From Squalus acanthias (Eukaryota), in assembly GCA_030390025.1 (NCBI GenBank), contig JASTWF010000340.1:248001-312000 (forward strand): a stretch of DNA of 64,000 nucleotides. The letters are read 5' to 3'. Shown here in pieces: positions 37,735-50,472 of this stretch (positions are counted from its first letter, which is position 1; every line of letters begins with the position of its first letter). Made by a program: the position numbers and the translations under genes. The notes beneath the pieces are model-generated. The model was not told where the DNA came from. It saw only the letters and a program-made list of their open reading frames with translations, and did not search any database.

Positions 37735-38680
37735 TGATTTCATACCCAGCTCTACCTCTCCTCCACTTCTTTAGAACCCTCTGCCAACTCTCTACTATCA
37801 GACTGCTTGTCCGACATCCAGTACTGGATGAGTTGAAGTTTCCTCCAATTAAATATCGGGAAGCCCGAAGCCATTGTCTTCGGTTTACTCCACGAACTTC
37901 ATCCATTTCCACTGATTCGATCTCTTTCTTGGCAACTGTCTAAAGCTGCCCCTGCCTGTTCTCAACCTTGGCGTCATATTTGATTACGAATTGAGATTCC
38001 AAACACATATCCATGCTGTCACTAACACTGCCCATTTCCATCTTCGTAATATTGCCAGTCTCCACCCGCATCTCAACATAGCTACTGCTGAAACTCTCAT
38101 ACATTCATTTATCACCTCTGGACTTGACTATTCCAATGTACTCCCTAGCTCTACCCTTGATAAACTTGAGTTAATCTAAATCTTCAACCCGCAATCTAAC
38201 TCGCAACAATCCTGCTCACACATCTCCTCTGGCTTGCTGACCTACATTTGCTTTTTGTTAAGCAACACCTCGAATTTAAAATGTGCATCCTTTTTCATAT
38301 CCCTCCACGGACTCGTCCCTCCTGATCTCTGTAATCTCCTCCAGCCCTAAAGTCGCCCGAGAACTCTGCACTTCACCTATTCCGGACTTTTGAACATCCA
38401 CGGTTTTAAATGCTCCACCATTGGCGATCGTGCCTTCAGCTGCCTGGGCGCTAAGCTCTGGAATACCCTCCCTAAATCACGCTGCCTCGCTACTTCTCTC
38501 TCCTCCGTTAAGACTCTCCTTAAAGGCCTACCTCTTTCAAACAGCATTTGTTCATCTGCCTTAACATCTCCTTATATGGCTCGGTGTCAATTTTATTTAA
38601 TAGCACTCATGTGAAGCTCCTTGCGACGATTTATTACTTTTAAGGCGCTATAAAAATATAAGTTGATAAGTTGTTGTTGC
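37735..38680 (+). mobile_element. L2-clade LINE 3' fragment, decayed
   Basis: TQLYLS-type RT remnant, AHFHLRNIA, RAFSCLGAKLWNTLP; tail AAGGCGCTATAAAAAT...(TTG)n. Confidence 0.8.
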
Positions 38681-39019
38681 TTCTTACGAACACTGTTATT
38701 TCTGATTCATTATAGCATGACAAGTGTTATTGTGAACAACAGCCCCAGAAATAATATATTTCCTTCAAAACAACAGATTCTAACACGTTTACCATTCTGT
38801 CCTATTGTCTGACTACCTTTCTCAAGACAGTCTTGGTGATATCGTTTCACGCTGTGCCACAAAAAGAAGTAAAAAGACCCGAATCGCACATTTATCCTTT
38901 CAGCAAAACCTAAACTACAGTGTCAGCTAAATTGAACCCTGACACATTAAACCCTATAAAATCCTGGGAAAGAACAACTTTTAACCATTCCGTTATTTTT
39001 CCCAACAGGACAATTTTAG

Positions 39020-39993
39020 TTTATTCATTCACAGGATGTGGGCGTGGCTGACAATGCCATTATTTATTACCCATCTATAATAGCCCTTGAGATGGTGGTG
39101 GTGTACCGCCTTAAACAACTGAGTAGCTTGCTGGAGCATTTCAGAAGACAGTTAAGAGCCAACCACATTGCTGTTGGTCATGAGTGAAATACAGGCTAGA
39201 CCAGGTAAGGTCGGCAGATTTCCTTCACTAAAGGATGTTACTGAACCAGGTGGGTTTTGACGACAATCCGGTAGCCTCATGGTCAACATTACTAGTACTT
39301 CCTTTTTGTTGCAGATTTATTAACTGAAGTTTAATTCACCAGTTGCCGTGGTGGGATTTGAACTCTTGTCTCTGGATCATTCGTCCAGGACGCTGGATTA
39401 CTTTTATAATATAAACAGAAATTGCTGGAAATACCCAGCAGGTCAGGCAGCATCTGTGGAGAGTGAAACAAAATTAAACTTTCAGGTCGATGACATTTCG
39501 TCAGAACTGGAAAAAGTGCGAGATATAACAGATTTAAAACAAATGCAGAGGCAGGGAAAGGGGGAGGGGAGGAAAGAGCTGAAGAGAAGTTCTATGATAG
39601 GGTAGAAGGCAGGAGTGATTAAATGACAAAATGTATGAATGTATAATTCAAAAGAAGGACATAATGGGACAAGTAAATGAGCAAAAGAATAGTCTAGAAG
39701 TGTGAATAGGAATGACAGAAATATCAACAGCTGCCAATTGAAAAAAACAAGAGCAGAGGTCATGCTCTGAAATCGTTGAACTCGATGACGTGTTCATATG
39801 GCAGTAACGTGACTAAGCGAAAGATGAGGTGCTATTCCTCGAGCTTACGTAGAGCTTCGCTGGAACACTGTCAGAGGCCGAGGAGAGAGAGGTCAGAGTG
39901 GGAATGGAAAAGAGAAGTAAAGTGAGACAGGAAGCTTCGGGGGCAGGCTCTGGATTAATAATCCAGTAACATACCCACAATGCTGCCGTACCC
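39020..39993 (-). mobile_element. tRNA-derived SINE split by a Penelope-like insertion
   Basis: B box GAGTTCAAATCCC (reverse strand, ~39353-39365); head remnant resumes at ~39950-39993. Confidence 0.6.
39405..39915 (-). mobile_element. Penelope-like element 3' remnant (ORF C-terminus + hammerhead-containing end)
   Basis: Reverse strand reads EALRKLEE*HLIFR, resembling a PLE GIY-YIG C-terminus, then CTGACGA...GAAA at ~39473-39508. Confidence 0.65.
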
Positions 39994-40129
39994 ATTAAAC
40001 AAATCCAAAAACGAACTATAAGTAAAACTAAACCAACAATATTAACCTTATGTGATTAAACCAAATCCTAATCCTAATATATATGTGTATACATAACTAG
40101 GAGGACCATAAGCTCTTCACAGGCATTGG

Positions 40130-40422
40130 AGAACTTTTCAAATGTCGTCCTTACTGCAATGTGGGAAAACGCGGCTGCGAATTCGTGCAGAAAATCGATT
40201 AAGCAGCATTGACATAAATGTCCATGTAGCTTGTGTTTGGTGCTGCAGAATAATTGTCAGGAGCTCAGGCAAAACTCCCCTTCTCTTATTACTGTAGCGC
40301 GTGGAATCTTTTGCGACTATCTGAGAGGGCAGACAGGGTGCCAGTTTAACGTACAACCAGAAAAAACGAGACCTCTGACAGTGCCGCAGTCCCTCAGTTT
40401 TGCACTGCGAGTATCAGACTAG
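40130..40422 (-). mobile_element. Deu-type SINE body, decayed
   Basis: Reverse-complement similarity to 32188-32650. Confidence 0.65.
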
Positions 40423-40433
40423 ATTATTGTCTT

Positions 40434-40525
40434 AAAAACAAGAAATGCTGGAAAAACTCAGCAGGTCAGGCAGCATCTGTGGAGAGAGAAACAGAGTTAA
40501 CGTTTCAGGTCGATGACCCTTCGTC
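40434..40525 (-). mobile_element. ~92-bp Penelope-like terminal fragment with near-complete hammerhead core
   Basis: TSD ATTATTGT at 40423-40430 and 40526-40533; reverse strand TGACGAAGGGTCATCGACCTGAAACGTTAACT. Confidence 0.7.
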
Positions 40526-40699
40526 ATTATTGTGTTCGCAATGCCCTCAAATAGCCCAGAGCCCCGGACACAGCAATACACATGTTGGGAGGGAAATAAC
40601 ACGAGGGAGTGACAGAGACTGAGAGAAAGAAAAAGACTGCGAGAGAGATAGAAGGAGATATAGACAGATAGGGAAACGGAGACTGAGAGGAAGAGAGAG

Positions 40700-41062
40700 A
40701 CATCTATGAAGTTGTTTTCTGTTGGGTTAAGAAGTTCAATGTTGTGTAAAGATGTTCCCTGTTGCAGAAAGATTTTCCCGTTTACGTTACGGTGTTCCCT
40801 TTTATATAACGTTGTGTATTCGTATACCTGATGTATAACGGTATTCCCTTTTGCGTAAAGGTGTTCCCTGCTTTGTAAAGATATTCCATGTTGTGTTAAG
40901 ATATTCCCTGTTCTGTTAATGAATTTTCTGTTGTGTAAAGATTTTCTGTCTTGTTTAAAGATGTTCCCTGCTATGCAGAAATGTTCACTGTTGTGCAAAG
41001 AAGTTCCCTGTTTTGTAAAGGTCTTCCCTGTTGTAGAAAGGTGTTCCCTGCGTTGTAACGTT
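40700..41062. repeat. 20-bp minisatellite (TGTTGTGTAAAGATGTTCCC), block 1
   Basis: Direct 20-nt periodicity. Confidence 0.9.
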
Positions 41063-41439
41063 GATGCTTGTCAGTTTTATGTGTTAGCGGACTAATTTCA
41101 GCCTCTGGTGTTTATTTAAAGCGATTGAATTGCCCTCAAATAGCACAGAGTCCCGGACATAGCAACGCACGGGTTGGGAGGCTCACCCTGGCTACACAAT
41201 GTCACAAAGACCGTCGGTATTACACCATCTACAATGGGACAGACACAGAATGAAACACAGAAAACCAGCAAGGGAATTTAAGGACACACATCGCGAGGGA
41301 AAGAGAAAGACACTGGAAACCGGAGAGAGTTAGATTGATGGAAAGACTTAGACTGCGAGAGAGACAGAGGGAGAGATAGACAGACAGGGAAACGGAGAGT
41401 GAGTGGAAGACCAATACTAGCATCAAAGTGTTTTGATTA

Positions 41440-43245
41440 GGTTAATGAGGTTAATCTGGTTTACGTAGTGCACATGTATTTCCAAAAGCTGTTCGAAAAA
41501 ATGCCAAATAATAGGCTCGCCAGCAAAGTTGAAGCCCAGGGAATAAAAGGGACAGTAGCAGCATGGATACGAGATTGGCTAAGTGATAGGAAACAGAGAG
41601 TAGTAGTGAAAGGTTGTTTTTCCGACTGGAGGAAGGTACACAGTGGAGCGCCCCAGGGGTCAGTTCTAGGACCACTGCCTGTCCTGATATATATTAATGA
41701 CTTGGACGTGGGTGTACAGGGCACAATTTCAAAATCTGCAGATGACACAAAACCTGAAATTATATTGAACGTTAACGGGGATAGTAATAGACTTCAGTAA
41801 GTCATCAACAGGCTGGTGAAATGGCCGGACACGTGGCAGAGGAAATTTAACACGGAAATGTGTGAAGTGATACATTTTGGTACAAAGGATGAGGAAAGGA
41901 AATATAAACGAAATGTTACAATTCTGAATGTGGTGCATGAACAGAAACGTGGGTGTACATGTGTACAAATCGGTGAAGGTGGCAGGCCAGGTTGAGAAAG
42001 CAGTAAAAATAAGGCTTACGGGATCCTGGTCTTCATAAATAGAGGCTTTGTATTTAAAAGTGTGGAAATTATGATGAAATTGTATAAAACACTGGCCCAA
42101 AAATTAGTGCCGCTACGCGAGAGTACGCACTGTGTACTCTCGCGTATTCTGTCTCCAATTGCCGGTTTTCTGCATGCACTGCGCATGCGCTGAAAACCGG
42201 CACTTGGTGATTTCAAAAGGGGGCGGTTCCTAGGTGAACCGCGTGCGCGCTACAGGCTGCGCGCACGCAGTGCACTTAGTGCTTTGAACGCGCAGGTAAG
42301 CATGGAAGATTTTACACATAAAGAAAGGAGGCGAAAGACCCTCTTTTAACAAGGTAAGTAGTTAATTAAGTATTACTTTGAATTTTTTTCAACAGATATA
42401 TCTTTTTTAGAGACTTTAAAGAAAGGTAAGTTCATTTTTATAAAGTTTTAAAAGATTTAAAATTTTTTCAAAAATTTAATTCTTTGTTTAAAGTGGTTAA
42501 TTTATTTAACTATACTTATTTTATTAATGTGATGGTTTTTTTTAAATTTAATTGAGGTTTAGCTGTTCTTTTGGGGGGGTATAGTATTCACAGCTTTCAC
42601 AGCCGTGCTGTGAAAGCTATGAATGAAAGATGGTGTGCTGCCATTGGCTCTAACTGAGTCACGTGATCCCACAGCTGCGCCTGTGGGATACGAAAGCCCT
42701 GCACAGCGTTTCGTCCTCAACTGGAGTACTGTGTCCAATTCTCGGCACCATCCGTTACGAAGTATGTGAAGTCCTTAGAGAAGGTGCAGAAAAGATTTAC
42801 GCTAATGATTCGAGGAATGAGTGACTTGATAGACTGGAGAAGCGAACGTTGTTCTCCTTCGAGCAGAGAAGATTGAGAGGAGATTTGATAGAGGTGTTCA
42901 AAATTATGAGGTGTCAGGACAGAGTAGATAGAGATAAACTGTTGCCATTGGCATAAGGGTCGAGAACCACAGGACACAGATTTAAGATGATTGTCAAAGA
43001 ACCAAAGGCGACGTAATAAAAACATTTTTATGCAGCGAGTGTTTAAGATCTGCAATGCACTTCCTTAAAGGGTGCTGGAGGCAAATTTAATCACGGCTTT
43101 CAAAAGGGAGTTGGGGAAGTATCTGAAGGAAATAAATTGCAGGGCTGTGGGAAAAGGGTAGGGGAGTGGAAGAAGCTAAGATTCGGCACGGGCTCGTCGG
43201 GCCGCATGGTCTTCTTCCGTGCTGTAACCAGTCTATGATTATATG
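41440..43245 (+). mobile_element. Decayed CR1 RT/3' fragment interrupted by MITE copy 3
   Basis: [11 protein letters not shown] and SADDTK motifs; CR1 resumes at ~42710. Confidence 0.85.
42094..42707 (-). mobile_element. MITE copy 3, inverted, one TIR deleted
   Basis: Begins ACT|GGCCCAAAAATT; near reverse complement of copy 1. Confidence 0.9.
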
Positions 43246-43254
43246 ACACTAAGC

Positions 43255-44312
43255 TGTTTGCTGTTGTGTAAAGATGTTCTCTGTTGTATAAAGATGTTCT
43301 CTGTTGTCTAAATGTAATGTGTTCCCTGTTGTTTATTGGAGTTCCCTTTTGTGTAAAGCTGTTCCGCGGTATGTAAGATGTTCCCTGTGGTTTAAATGTG
43401 TTCTATTTTGTGTAAAGATGTTCCCTGTTATGTAAAGGTGTTCTCAGTTATGTAAAGATATTGCCTGTTCTGTTAAGTCTTTCCATGTTATTTAAAAATG
43501 TTGCCTGTTAAGTAAAAGTGTTCTCTGCTGTGTAAAGGTGTTCTCTGCTGTGTAAAGATCTTCACTGCTGTGTAAAGAAGTTCACTGTTATTCAAAGATG
43601 TTCGCTGTTGTGTAAAGTGATTTTCTATTGTATAAAGATGCTCTCTGTTGCGCAAAGACATTCTCCGTTGTGTAAAGTTGCTGCCTGTTATGTAAAAATG
43701 TTGCCTGTTGTGTCAACGTGTTAGCTGCTGTGTAAAGGTGTTACCAGTTATATAAAGTTTGTGCTTGTTGTGTAAATATATTCTATTTTGTTTAAAGATA
43801 TTTCCCGTTGTATAAATATATTCTCTGTTGTGTAATGGAATTCCCAGTTGTGTAAAAGTGTTCTCTTTTGTGAAAAGATGTTGCGTTAAGCAAATATGTT
43901 CCCTGTTGTGTAAAGATGTTTACTGTTGTGAAAAGTTGTTCCCAGTTGTGTAAAGATGTTCCTTGTCGTGTAAAGATATTACCTGTTGTGTAAAGATGTT
44001 ACCTTCTGTACAAAGAAGTTCCCTGTTGTGTAAAGATGCTTCCTGTTGGGTAAATATGTTCCCTGTTGTTTAAAGATGTTCTCTGTTGAGTAAAGATGTT
44101 GTATTTTCTGTATAGATGTTCTCTGCTGTGTAAAGGTGTTCCTGGTTGTGTAAAGGTATTTTCTGTTGTGAAACCTTGTTCCCCGTTGTTTAAAGATGTT
44201 AGCTGTTGAGCCAAGATGTTCCCTGTTGTGAAAAGTTGTTCCCTGTTGTGTAGAGATGTTCCGTGTTGTGCAAAGAAGTTCCCTGTTGTGTAAAGGTGTT
44301 GGCTTTTGTGTA
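43255..44312. repeat. 20-bp minisatellite, block 2 (~50 units)
   Basis: Same consensus as block 1. Confidence 0.92.
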
Positions 44313-46059
44313 AGCTGATCATGGCACAATGGTGCAAGAGACCAATCAAGTGGGGGGAGTGAAAGGGAATGTAGTTGTGGTAGGGGACAGTTTATTCAGG
44401 GGGATTCATACTGTCCTCTGCAGCCGCGACCGAGAGTTCCGAAGGTTGTATTGCCTGCCCGGTGGCAGGGTTAAATAAAACTCCTCGCGACTGGGGAGAA
44501 CTTGGAGTGGGAGGATGAGGATACATTTCTCGTGGTCACGCAGGAACCAGTGACGTACGTGGAACTGTGAATGAGGTAATGCTGAGGGCGTTTCAGGAGT
44601 TAGGATCCAACTTAAAAAACAGAAACTCAAAGTTATTAATATCTGGATTGCTACACCAGCCACAGAAACATTGTTATAGGGACAAACAGATGAGATGTTT
44701 GAATGCGTGATTCAAACAGTGGTGTGTGGCGGAAGGGATTTCAGTTCAAGTGCCACTGGCACCAGTACGGGGGAAAGGGAGAGCTGTTCTGTTGGGACGG
44801 GCCCCACTTAAACCGGGCTAGGACCAGTGTCCCGGCGAACCGAATAACTAGGGCAGTAGACAGTGATTTAAAGTAATGAATGGGGCGGTTGGGTGTAGCA
44901 GGATTCAGGAAAAAGTAAATTTAAAGCAGCGTGAGAAATGTAAAGTCTCTAGTGCAGAGTGGAGTTTTGGGTAAAAATAAGCAGAGAGTCCGGATGGGAC
45001 AGAGAGAGTAACATAGGTAATAAGGCATCAGTGACTAATGTGACATCAGGGAAAAATCGAAAATATCAAAGCTAAAGTCACTATATCTGAATGCATGAAG
45101 CAATCACAACAAAATCAATGAATTATTATATCAGATAGAAATTAATACGTTTTATCTAATAGCCATTCCGGAGACGTGGTTGCAATGTGGACATGGTTGG
45201 GAAATAATTATTCCAGAATACTTAACTTTTAGAAGAGGTAAGCAAAATGAAAAATGATGAGGAATAGGCCTGATAATAACGGATTGGATAAAAACAGCAG
45301 AGAGAAAGGATTAGCTCCTAAAATCAAGAGGTAGAATCAGTTTGGGTGGAGCTGAGAAACAGCAAGGGGCAGAAAACATTGGTGATAATTGATTATAGTT
45401 CCCAAACAGTAGTTGTAATGTAGGGCGGAGTATAAATCAGGAAATGAAAGGCGCATATAACAAGGGTAATACAGTAAACATGGGGGACTTTAATCTACAT
45501 AGAGACTGGGCAAACCAAATTTGCAGTAATAGTTTGGAGGACGAAATCATAGAACGTATGCAAAGTTGTTTTCTAGGTCAGTGAGTTGAGGAACCAACAA
45601 GGGAACAGGCAATTTTAGATCCAGTATTGTGCAACGAGAAAGGTGTCATTAATACGTTTGTTGTAAAGAGGCCTTTAGGGAAGAGTGCCCATCATATGAT
45701 AGAATTTTAATTTGAAAGTGATTCAGTTAAATGCGAAACTCGGGTCTTTAATCTAAAGAAAGCAAACTATGTAGGTATGAGGGGCGAGTTGGCTAAGGTA
45801 GATTGGGAAACTTACATTAAAAGGTGTGAAGTTAGACAAGCAATGGCTAGCATTTGAAGAATTAATACATCATTTAAAAAAATATATATACATTCTTTAA
45901 GGCACAAAAACCCACGCGAAAAGTGGTCCAACCGCGGCTAACAAGAGAAGTTAAAGATAATATTAGATCACAGGAAGAGGCTGATAATTTTGCCAAAACG
46001 TGTAGTAAGCCTGAGGATTGGGAGGCTTTCAGAATTCAGCAAAGGAGGAACAAGAAATT

Positions 46060-47893
46060 ACATAGATACATAGAAGATAGGAGCAGGAGTAGGCCCTTCG
46101 AGCCTGCTCCGCCATTTAATGAGATCATGGCTGATCTTCCAATTCAGTATCCTGTCCCCGCCTTCTCTCCGTAACCCTTAACGCCTTTTGCCTGTAGAAA
46201 TACATCTAATTCCCTCTTAAATATATTTAATGAGCTGGCGTACACTGCCCTCTGTGGCAATGAGTTCCACAGGTTCACCACCCTCTGAGTGAAGAAATTC
46301 CCCCTCATTTCTGTCCTAAATGGTTTAGCCCTTATCCTTAAATTATGTCCTCTAGTTCTGTTCTCACCCGCCAAGGGAAACATTCCTTCTGCATCTAGTC
46401 TGTCTAGACCTGTCAGAATTTTATACACTTCTATGAGGTCCCCTCTCAATCTTCTAAACTCCAGTGTGTACATCCCTAAACTACATAGTCTCTCCTCATA
46501 GGTCAATCCCGCCATTCCTGGTATCAGCCAGGTGAATCGCCGCTGCACCCCCTCCATGGCAAGAACATCTTTCCTCAGATGAGGCGACCAAAACTGTACA
46601 CAGTACTCGAGGTGTGGTCTCACCAGTGCCCTGTACAGCTGCAGCAAGGTATCCCTGTTCCTGTATTCCAACCCTTTTGCTATGAAGGCCAGCATACCGT
46701 TTGCCTTCTTGATCGCCTGTTGCACCTGCATGCTCGCCTTCAGTGACTGGTGTACAAGAACACCCAGGTCTCTCTGTACTTCCCCCTCTCCCAATTTATT
46801 GCCATTTAAATAATAATTTGCCCTCCCGTTCCTGCACCCAAGGTGGATAACTTCGCACTTGTCCACATTATAGTGCATCTGCCATTTATCCGCCCAATCA
46901 CCCAGTCTGTCCAAATCGCTCTGGAGCTTCCTGGTCTCCTCCTCTGAGCCCACCCCCCCTCCTAGTTTAGTGTCGTCTGCAAATTTGGAAATGCTGCATC
47001 CGACTCCCTGATCCAGGTCATTAATGTAAATTGTGAACAGCTGGGGACCCAGGACAGATCCCTGTGGTACCCCACTTGTTACTGCCTGCCATTCAGAAAA
47101 TGAGCCGTTTATTCCAACTCTCTGTTTTCTATCTGACAGCCAGTTCTCTATCCACGTCAATACTTTCCCCTTTATCCCATGAGCTTCAATTTTCCCTGCT
47201 AATCTTTTATGTGGGACCTTATCGAAGGCCTTTTGGAAGTCCAGGTACACCACATCTACTGGCTCTCCCCCATCTATTTTACCAGTTACTCCCTCAAAAA
47301 ATTCCAATAGATTAGTCAAGCACGATTTACCCTTTGTAAATCCATGTTGACTCTGTCCTATCCTGTCCCCATTTGCTAAGTGCTCCGCTATTTCATCCTT
47401 AATGATGGACTCCAGCATTTTGCCCACAACTGATGTAAGGCTTACAGGTCTGTAATTACCTGCTTTTTCCCTACCCCCCTTTTTGAATAGTGGGGTAACG
47501 TTAGCTACCCTCCAATCCATGGGCACTGTTCCCGAGTCTAATGAATTCTGAAAAATCATACTTAGTGCATCCGCTATCTCTAGGGCCACCTCCTTCAGCA
47601 CCCTAGGATGCATGTTATCAGGCCCTGGGGATTTGTCCGCCTTCAATCCCTTTAGCTTCCTTAACACCATATCCTTAGAGATATTGACTTGCGTCAGTTC
47701 CTCCTTTGCAAATGTCCCTATTTTTCCCGATATCCCAGGGAGGTTTTTTGTGTCTTCCTTCGTAAAGACTGACCCAAAGTATGCATTTAGTTGGTCTGCC
47801 ATTTCCTTATTTCCCGTTATATATTCCCCCGTATCTGACTGCAATGGGCCAACTTTGGTTTTCACCAGTCTTTTCCTCTTGATATACTTATAA
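46060..47893 (-). mobile_element. Young 5'-truncated CR1 with open RT frame (46144-47865)
   Basis: TSD AAATT at 46055-46059 and 47894-47898; near-identical to 33918-35625. Confidence 0.96.
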
Positions 47894-48276
47894 AAATTGA
47901 TAAAGAAGTGGTAAATAGAATGAGAGTAAACTAGCTAGAGACATAAAAACAGAGTGTAAAAGCTTCCATACGTATGTAAAAGGGAAAGATTCGCGAAAGT
48001 AAATGTGTGTCCCACAAAGGCTGAGACAGGAGAAATTAAAGTTTGGAATAAGGAAATGGCGGAGAAATAAAATAAATACTTTGTGTCTGTTTTCAAGGAA
48101 GAAGAAAATAAAACTTTCCCGAACTAGTGGAGAGCCAAGGCTATAGTTAGAATAAGGACCTGAAAGAAAAGAGAATTAGTAAAAAAAAATACTGGAGAAA
48201 TTAATGAGAATGAAAAGCGTTAAATCCCTTGGACCTGATGGCCGACATCGAGGGTTTTGAAATTGGTGGCTAATGA

Positions 48277-49974
48277 GATTAGAAGTGCATTTAACAAGGG
48301 CAATACGGTAATCATGAGGGACTTTAATCTGCATATTGACTGGGCAAATCAAATTACCACTAATGGTGTGGAGGACGAATTCTTGGAATGCATGCGAGAT
48401 GGTATCCTGGATCAGTATGTTGAGGATCCAACCAGGAAACAGGCTATTCTGGATCTGGTACTCTGTAATGAGAAAGGGCTAATCACTAAACTTGTGGTAA
48501 AGGGGCCTTTAGGGAGAAGTGACCATAATATTATTGAATTTTACATTAAGTTTGAGAGTGATGTAGTCCTTTCTGAAACTATTAGCCTCACATCAGCAAT
48601 TGTGAAAATGCTGGAATCTAGTATAAATGATTCAATAACTGGGAACTTAGAAAATAATAGTAAGAGTGGGCTGAGTCAACATGGATTTATGAAAGGGAAA
48701 TCCTGTTTGACAAACCTATTGGAGTTATTTGAGGATGTAACCAGTGGAGTAGACAAAGGGGAACCGGTAGATGTGGTGTATCTGTATTTTCAGAAGGCCT
48801 TCGATAAGGTCCCACACAAGCGGTTTGTGAACAAAATTAGGGCACATGGAATTGGGGGTAATATACTAGCATGAATTGAGAATTGGTTAAAAGACAGAAA
48901 GCAAAGAGAGGGATAAATGGGTCTTTTTCAAGATGGCAGCATTTTACTAGTGGGGTATCACAGGGAACGGTGCTTGGGCCCCAACTATTCACAATCTATA
49001 TCAATGATTTGGATGAGGGGACTTAATGTAACATTTCCAAATTTGCTGATCATACAAAGCTAGGCGGCAGTGTCAGTTGCGAAGAGAAGGTGAAGGGCTT
49101 CAAGGGGATCTCGACAGGCTCAGTTTGTGGGCGGGAACATGGCAGATGGAATTTAATGTGGATAAATGTGAAGTTATCCACTTTGGTAGAAAAAGCAGAA
49201 AGGCAGAGTATTTCCTAAATGGTAAAAGATTGGGGAATGCAGATGTTCAAAGGGACCTGGGTGTCCTTGTACATGAGTCACAGAAAGTGAATGTGCAGGT
49301 GCAGCAAGCCATTAAGAAAGCAAATGGTATGCTAGCCTTCCTTACAAGAGGATTTGAGTACAGGAGTAAATACGTCTTACTCCAATTATAAACGGCCTTG
49401 GTGAGACCACAACTGGATAACTGTATACAATTTTGGTCTCCTTAACTGAGGAAGGATATACTTGCCATAGAGGGAGTGCAACGAAGTTTCACGAGATTGA
49501 TTCCTGGGATGGCGGGCCTGTCTTTAGAGAAGAGATTGAGTAAACTAGGCCTGTATTCTCTTGAAATAAAAGAATGAGAGGGGATCTCATTGAAGCATAC
49601 AAAATTATTACAGGGCTTGATAGGATGGATGCTGGATAAATGAATCCCTTGGCTGGGCAGTCTAGAACCAGGGGCCACAGCCTCAAGATAAAGGGTAGGC
49701 CATTCCAGACTTAGATGAGAAGACACTTCGTCACGTAGAGTGTGGTGAATCTTTGGAATTCTCTACCCCAGAGTACTGTGGAGCCTCAGTCATTGGGTAT
49801 ATTCAAATCAGAAGTCGATAGAATTCTGACAGGTAACGGCATCAAAAGATTTGGCGATGGGTCCGGTGAATGTAGTTGAAGCAGAGGATCAGCCATGATC
49901 TCATTGAAAGGCGGAGCAGGCTCGAAGGGCCGAATGGCCTACTCCTGCTCCTATTTCTTATGTTCTTATGTTCT
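48277..49974 (+). mobile_element. Nested CR1 with internal deletion joining the APE end to the RT start
   Basis: ORF 48257-48874 runs SDHNIIEFYIKFESDVVLSETI straight into SLTSAIVKMLES; TTCTTATG tail. Confidence 0.85.
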
Positions 49975-50472
49975 GATTGAAATAGTGCTAGCATTGGTTG
50001 TCATTTTCCAAAATTCCATAGATTGTGGAACGGTTCCCGTGGATTTGAAAGTAGCAAATGTAAGCCCACTATTTAAGAAAGGTAGGGAGAGAGAAAAGGG
50101 GGAATTACAAACCAGTTAGCCTGACATCAGTAGGAAGGCAAATGCTAGAATCTTACAATGGATTACTTTGCATTACTTTGGATATATGGCACAGAAACAG
50201 TCAGTTGGGCCCATAAAGTCCATGCCGTTGCTCATACTCCACACGAGCCTTCTCCCATCTATCTTCATCTAAATCTATCAGCATAACCCTCTATTCCCTT
50301 CTCCCTCATAGCTGGACATCAGTCGTAGGGAACATGCTACCATCTATATAAAAGGACGTGGTAACGGGGCACTTAGAAAATAATAAAGGGATTGGGCAGA
50401 ATCAACACGGATTTATGAAAGGGTAATCATGTTTGACGAAACTGTTAAGAGTTTTTTGAGGTTGTAGATAAC

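Larger units (their letters stand above)
44350..50470 (+). mobile_element. Old decayed CR1 (ORF1 esterase remnant to early RT) hosting nested insertions
   Basis: Host segments at about 44350-46059, 47894-48275 and 49975-50470 are colinear with a CR1 once the inserts are removed. Confidence 0.8.

Noticed and set aside
43255..44349. Regular 20-bp repeats as a CRISPR-like array or repeat protein (ORFs 43979-44349)
   Set aside because: Head-to-tail degenerate units with no unique spacers and no cas genes; eukaryotic context; the ORFs are by-products of the repeat.
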